This document shows positions 61,670 through 64,000 of a stretch of DNA of 64,000 nucleotides, piece after piece (position 1 is the first letter of the stretch; the number at the start of each line of letters is the position of its first letter). The translations under genes and the position numbers were made by a program. Source of the stretch: Setoptus koraiensis (lineage: Eukaryota > Animalia > Arthropoda); contig CM106586.1 in the NCBI GenBank assembly GCA_048013815.1, forward strand, positions 14,012,001 through 14,076,000. The letters run 5' to 3'. The notes below the pieces were generated by a model, which was given only the letters and a program-made list of their open reading frames with translations, was not told the DNA's origin and searched no databases.

Positions 61670-62851
61670 CTTGCCGGGCCAGCACAAGAGCGGAGGCCAC
61701 AAGAGCGTGGCGAATGGCGCAAGTTGCCGTCGGCCCGATGGCGGCTCGGTGGCCGCTCGCGAAGCTCGCTTGCTCGCGGGCATGCCCGTCGCCGGTGTGT
61801 GCCGATGGGCGCATACGCATATCGCCAATCGCAACGTATACCGGCGGCGATCATTAATTGACGGCGGCCCGACGCTGATGGCAAGGCGCCGACGCCGGGC
61901 CGGCAGGCGAGCGGTGGCGGGCGCCGTTTCGAGCGGCGAGCGAGAAAAATAAAAACAAGTGACACTTGACTTAATTTCATATTGGCCGGTTTAATGTAGC
62001 ACTTTGTTGGCGCTCGCTGATTGGCCGAGTGGCGCCACTTGCGCCGGGCCGTCGCCCGAAATTGGAACTGGTTTGTGTCACCCGGCTTGCGGGCCGGCGG
62101 CCGGCCGAGCGAGCCGGCCGAGGGGGCAAGCGGCCAGAGTTAATGGTTGAGAACAGGCTCCACGGCAATAATAATAATAATAATAATCATTGTGTGTGAT
62201 GGCGGTCTTAGCAGCGCTAATGCAGTGCGCACTTTGAGCGTCAGTCAAACAAGTCGGATGTTCACGATCGGGCCGGCGTCTAATTAAATGAGTTTCCATC
62301 TCGCTCGCCGCCAGTCCCGGTGGCTGCCAGTCTCAGTGGCTGCGAGTGCCAGTGGCTGCGAGTCTCAGCGCGAATCGCACTGCGAATCTCGCTCGATTCG
62401 CAGCTCGGCGCGAAGCTCGCCGCCGAGCTCGCCGCCAAGTTCGCTCGCTGGAGCTGCGTTCGGCCGCGCTGGGCCGGCTCCATTAACGAACGGAGCTCGG
62501 GAGCAAGTTACAATTGCAAGTGAGCAGCTTCTGGCGCCGCTTGTGCCCGCCGAGCAACTGGAACAAAAGTGTGCGCCAACTCATCATGTGATTATGCGAT
62601 CATGATACGCCGATACCGAGACCATGATGCGCAAAATTAATCATTTTCAATTATGTAATCTCGTTTGAGCGAATGAGTTGCGTTATGAATCATCTGCATA
62701 CTGGTACAGACAAACGCCAACGGTAACAGAGTATCGTGTGATGCAAGTTTGTTGCGCTGCCGGCCGAGACGCGACACGACGCCCTCAGCTTGAGTCGGAT
62801 CGAGCGGCCACTCATCATGTGACACTCTCATTTTGATTGCGCCCCGGCACT

Positions 62852-62912
62852 GCGTCCGTCCGTCGCGTCCGTCCGTCGCGTCCGTCCGTCGCGTCCGTCC
62901 GTCGCGTCCGTC
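62852..62912. repeat. 13-bp tandem repeat, about 4.7 copies
   Basis: Unit GCGTCCGTCCGTC. Confidence 0.93.
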
Positions 62913-63349
62913 GGCGCGGGCCGGTGGTCGGTGTGGCGCCGGCTCGACTGGCGCTCGCAGCGGCCGGCGGTCGGAGCGCAGTCTCGCCAAATAGTTCAAC
63001 ATGTATGTGTGTAATTGTGTAAACAGCGATGCGGTGAAAGGTCGCGATTAATCATCGTTGATTCTTGTCACATCGCACGCCATTTGATGACTCTAACAAC
63101 ATTGATTGCCGCTCCTTCGCCCGCTCCTTTGTCGCCCTCCGCCTGCCCGCTCGCCCGTTCGTATGCCGGCCGGCCGGCCATCGTGTCTCACCGTGACATG
63201 CCATTGCGTCATTGCTGTGCCGCGCCGCTATCGAGCACTGCAAATCAGCTGACCACCGGGCCGACGCCAATTGCGTAACTGTAATTGTGAGTGCCGGTTG
63301 CACGTGAACTACATTTGTGTTGTTACGTTGTACCGTTTCACTGTTGCAA

Positions 63350-63420
63350 TTCTCGGCGCTTCTCGGCGCTTCTCGGCGCTTCTCGGCGCTTCTCGGCGGC
63401 TCTCGGCGGCTCTCGGCGGT
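63350..63420. repeat. 10-bp tandem repeat, 7 copies
   Basis: Units TCTCGGCGCT x4 then TCTCGGCGGY x3. Confidence 0.93.
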
Positions 63421-64000
63421 TCTGTGCGATTCTCTGGGCGATTCTCGCTGCGAACGCCGGCGCATTCGCAAGCCGAAACGGCGGCACAACGAGCGAATAA
63501 ATCAGCGTGGAATCTTCTCTCGCCGCTGGCCGTCCATCTATCATTCATCATTCTAAACGTTCTTATTTCGTGCCAGCGTAAGTGCGTTCTTTCGGCCTTC
63601 TCTGGGCCTTCGCTCGGCGTTCTCGCGCCGCTCGTCCGCTCGTTGGCCCGACTCTTTGCGTGTAAGCGCCAAATTAACAACGCGCCGCGAACGCACAGTG
63701 ACAAATAGGTGCCCAGTTTGTGTGTGTTTTAGTAGTTAGCGAGCAAACAACTCGTGTGATTGGCAACGCGCAAACACGCTCATGTTGCATTATCCATCAT
63801 TATTGCCACTCGGGTCCGCTAACTAACAGCCGCCGTCCGCCGCTTGTTCGGGCACCGGCTCGCCGCTGCAAACGGAAGTCGCGCGCCGCCCGGCCGGCCG
63901 GGCCAGCCCGACGCCAGAGCGCATACGTGGTTCCGTTTGGGCAATTGCAGCCCCGTTGGCAGCAGCGCCCGCCAGCGATAGCCGCTCGCTGCCGGATACA

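Noticed and set aside
5900-64000. Autonomous transposon, retroelement, tRNA or rRNA genes
   Set aside because: No transposase, RT or integrase motifs, no long terminal repeats and no cloverleaf or rRNA-like segments seen by eye. Dfam, tRNAscan-SE and Infernal runs would be needed to exclude short or degraded ones.

Overview
Eukaryotic (animal) genomic DNA, not prokaryotic. CpG is abundant and the sequence is saturated with microsatellites and local duplications. The texture resembles acariform/eriophyoid mite DNA, but that is a guess. One protein-coding gene is well supported, on the minus strand: a ZNF704/ZNF395/SLC2A4RG (Drosophila Glut4EF) family C-clamp transcription factor. Its 92-nt C2H2 zinc-finger exon (25798-25889) can be spliced in phase across a 20,036-nt intron to a 3.28-kb terminal exon (2482-5761). 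That exon encodes the family DFYY motif, about 1050 aa of Q/N/T/H/S/D low-complexity sequence and the C-terminal C-clamp. I could not identify the 5' exons. Almost all other listed ORFs look like by-products of GC-rich or repetitive non-coding DNA. I saw no rRNA, tRNA, CRISPR array or recognisable transposase/reverse transcriptase. The most unusual signals are non-coding: (1) a large excess of short-spacer perfect inverted repeats, including a mirtron-like GU...AG hairpin (46249-46335), a pre-miRNA-sized hairpin (14496-14563) and two hairpins that mask 5' splice-site consensuses with a U1-like arm; (2) about ten-fold excess of the bZIP palindrome TTACGTAA; (3) candidate cassette and micro-exons; (4) an excess of perfect splice donors on the antisense strand. 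All counts were made by eye and need computational and RNA confirmation.
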